64,000 bases of DNA from Azolla caroliniana. Taxonomy: Eukaryota; Plantae; Polypodiophyta. Made by a program: the position numbers and the translations under genes. Positions 61,401 to 64,000 of the stretch are shown one piece after another. The notes under the pieces were generated by a model. That model did no database searches and was not told the origin of the DNA. It worked only from the letters and a program-made list of their open reading frames with translations. The DNA lies in assembly GCA_043228905.1 (NCBI GenBank), contig JBHGNT010000010.1, positions 9,424,001-9,488,000 of the forward strand. Reading direction: 5' to 3'. Every line of letters begins with the position of its first letter. Positions within the stretch are counted from its first letter, which is position 1.

Positions 61401-64000
61401 CCTTTTGCTCGTCTGAGTAACTGACCAAGATGCATTTCTCGGCCTTTGCGTCCAGCTTCCTCCTTTTCTCCTTCGGTATATGCACATACGCAATGCTACC
61501 GAACACCCTCAAGTGTCGCAAGTTCGGCTTCGTTCCGAAATATAGTTCGTGCGCCGACACTTTGTCTCCAATCCGGTTCTGGATGTATACCGCGGTCCTT
61601 ACCACCTCGGCCCAATAGAACTTGGGCAAGCTCTTCTCCTCCAGCATTGCCCGTGCCACTTCCACAACTAACCGATTCTTCCTCTCGGCCACGCCGTTCT
61701 GCTCTGGCGTGTATCTACAACTGAATTCGCGCCGAATTCCCATTTGTTGTAGATAACCGTTGAATTGACCGGAAAAGTACTCTTTCTCGCCATCCGACCG
61801 CAGGCACTTGATCTTTCGTCCTGTTTCGGCTTCCACGAACCCTTTGAGGTCCCGGAAATAGTCGAAGACTTCGCTCTTCCTCTCAATGAGGTAGATCCAC
61901 GTGTGCCGCGTGTGGTCGTCGATGAAGGAGACGAAATATCGGCTCCCGCCAAGACTAACGTTTTGTGTCGGCCCCCATACATCGGAGTGTATAAGGTCGA
62001 GCTTGTTCCGGCTCCGATTTCGCTCGTTGGGGAAAGGAAGTCAGTGTTGCTTCCCGAGCTGGCAAGCTTCACAAATTTGTGCCTTTCGGCCACTAAATTT
62101 GGGCAATCCGAACACTACCTGTTTCGATTGCAGATCTTGAAGCCGCTGGTGGTTGACGTGGCCTATCCACTTGTGCCACAAGTCGATGTCCGACTCGGAT
62201 TTTTGTCCCTTCGCGAACATTGCAATGCCGCCGTCAGTGGAGTCGAGGATGAACATCCTCCCATCTCTGCGCCCTTGCGCAATCACACGGCCTTCTTCCT
62301 CAATGAAGCACCCGAGGTGTGTAAACCGAACCTCCATCCCTTGGTCAACGATCTGTCCGACCGAGACCAAGTTTTTCGTGATTGTCGGAACGTGCAACAC
62401 GTTCATGAGTTTCCCTTTCTGCCCGACATGGCTAAGGGGAACTTCTCCGACATTCGCGATCGGATGCGGAGTGTCGTCTCCAGTTGCGACTACTCCAGGT
62501 TGTATCGGATTTTCAAGGTATGAGAACCACTCCTTATGGCTCGTCATGTGGTTTGACGCGTCGGAGTCTACGTACCACACCTCGTCCGATCTCGGGGTGG
62601 TCTGTTTCATTGAGTTTGCTTCGTGTCTCGTCACAAAGGCAGTCCCTTCTCCGGCTCTCCCGGAGTCTTCGGCGTAGTGCGATCGCTGCCGATTTCCCTT
62701 GTCGGTATGTCTGGAGCCGTTCCCGGAACCAGTTCTCTCCGAATCGGCGCGCTTCTTCCAGCACTCACTTTCCCTGTGGCCTTTCTTGCCACAGTACCAG
62801 CACTCCGCGATGGACTTCCCTTGCCGGTTCTCATCGCTTCGGCTCCCCCTGTTTCCGAAGGGTTCGGAGTTGCTGTCGGCATCACTTCAGTGCCTTCTTC
62901 CTTGATCTCGTCGGCCGCCTCCATTGCGCGCCGACTCGCCTCATCCTCCACGTCCACGAGGCCTATCTCCCTCCGTGTACAACATTCTGTTGTCGGTGTG
63001 CATGCTTGTAGACGCACTCGCGTGGTTCTCCTCTACCAGGAGCATCGACTGTAAGTCGAAAAAGGACGGCGTATTCTCCCGGGTACACACAGCCGTTCGG
63101 AACGCTCCGAACTTCGACGCCAAACCTCCGAGACAGATCTGGACCATCTCGCTCTCCTCGATGTTCACCTCTATGGAGGCGAGGGAGTTGCAGATATCCT
63201 TGATCTTCGAGGTATAGTCCGCCACCGACAAGTCGCGTTGTCGTAGGTTGCTCAACTCCTGTCGGAGCTGAAGCTTCCTGGTTGTGGTGCTCGTGGCGAA
63301 AATCTTCTTCAGATTTTCCCACGCACCCTTCGGCGTCTTTGCATCCCGAACATAGCTCAATAGCTGTTCGCCCACACACGACGCGAAGTAGTATAATACC
63401 CTGCTCGCCGATTGCTCCCACGACGGAAAGTCTCTGTGTGTCGATTCGGGTGCCGCGTCATTAGCTCCTTCGACATAACTCCAATAGTCGTGCCTGAGCA
63501 GGTACTGGTGCATCTTGTAGGACCAAGACACGTAGTTGGTTCTGTCGAGCTTCTCTGTTGGAAGCGAGCTCGCCATGCCTCTATCCATCGTTCTTCTTGT
63601 TCTTCTTCGTCAAGTTGTGTCGGCTGCAGAGAGGTTCTCAACCCTCGCGCTCTGATACCATGTAAAAAGTAGCATGCGGAAGCAAGTATAAAGACAGAAC
63701 AGAAGGGAGAACACTCAGGTTTAATGGAGAGCTTAAGCTTACACGGTATACGCGGGAGAGACAGAGAGAGTGAGAGAGAAGACTCAAAAACTATATTCAA
63801 TAATAATACTTAATCTGTACATAAGACGTGCTCAGTGAACACTTTTCTACAAGTCCTAGAAGGACTGACCGAAGTACTGACAGTACTTCAATGCTCATCA
63901 AGAGCTCCTACACTAACTCCCAAATATATTCCTCACGAAATATCTTTCCTAACGACCTCCGGTTTACGCACTCGACCTAACCGATCTGTCCCAACTGATC
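58429..64000 (-). mobile_element. Near-full-length Copia family A
   Basis: 3' LTR 58429-58822, PPT 58823-58834, Met PBS 63649-63660, 5' LTR from 63661 off the edge (about 97% identical by eye). Confidence 0.96.
58817..63588 (-). pseudogene. Copia gag-pol with a few stops and a frameshift, plus a charged C-terminal extension after RNaseH
   Basis: Gag 62941-63588, protease WYVDSDAS, integrase 61033-61836, RT LLYVDDLVITG, RNaseH KHIEVHYHFVRE, then about 170 extra aa. Confidence 0.92.

Noticed and set aside
61765-62523. 252-aa plus-strand ORF and similar short ORFs over TE coding regions
   Set aside because: Antisense shadows of Copia/Gypsy pol.

Overview
Eukaryotic land-plant genomic DNA; the TE families suggest a fern or other seed-free plant (inference). 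One intact host gene is present: a spliced DHHC protein S-acyltransferase (PAT19/20-like, 9 coding exons, 7070-14712, about 774 aa). It is flanked on the left by an intact-looking Copia inserted in a LINE ORF1 and on the right by a deleted Copia. From about 20.2 kb to beyond the window end lies a nested stack of LTR retrotransposons (Copia and Gypsy, up to four layers deep). Most notable: (1) a non-chromovirus Gypsy (49306-58224) has no polypurine tract and instead carries a second, inverted tRNA-Arg-type primer site abutting the 3' LTR, plus a ~920-codon extra ORF. (2) A very young, intact Tcn1-like chromovirus (28956-34709) has a self-priming PBS, a -1 frameshift pseudoknot and a tRNA-shaped Pol III-like cassette at its LTR tip. 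(3) A Gypsy LTR shares its U3 repeat module with Copia LTRs and carries an antisense A-box/B-box cassette. (4) A Copia family has a duplicated PPT and a charged C-terminal Pol extension. All coordinates and mismatch counts were read by eye.
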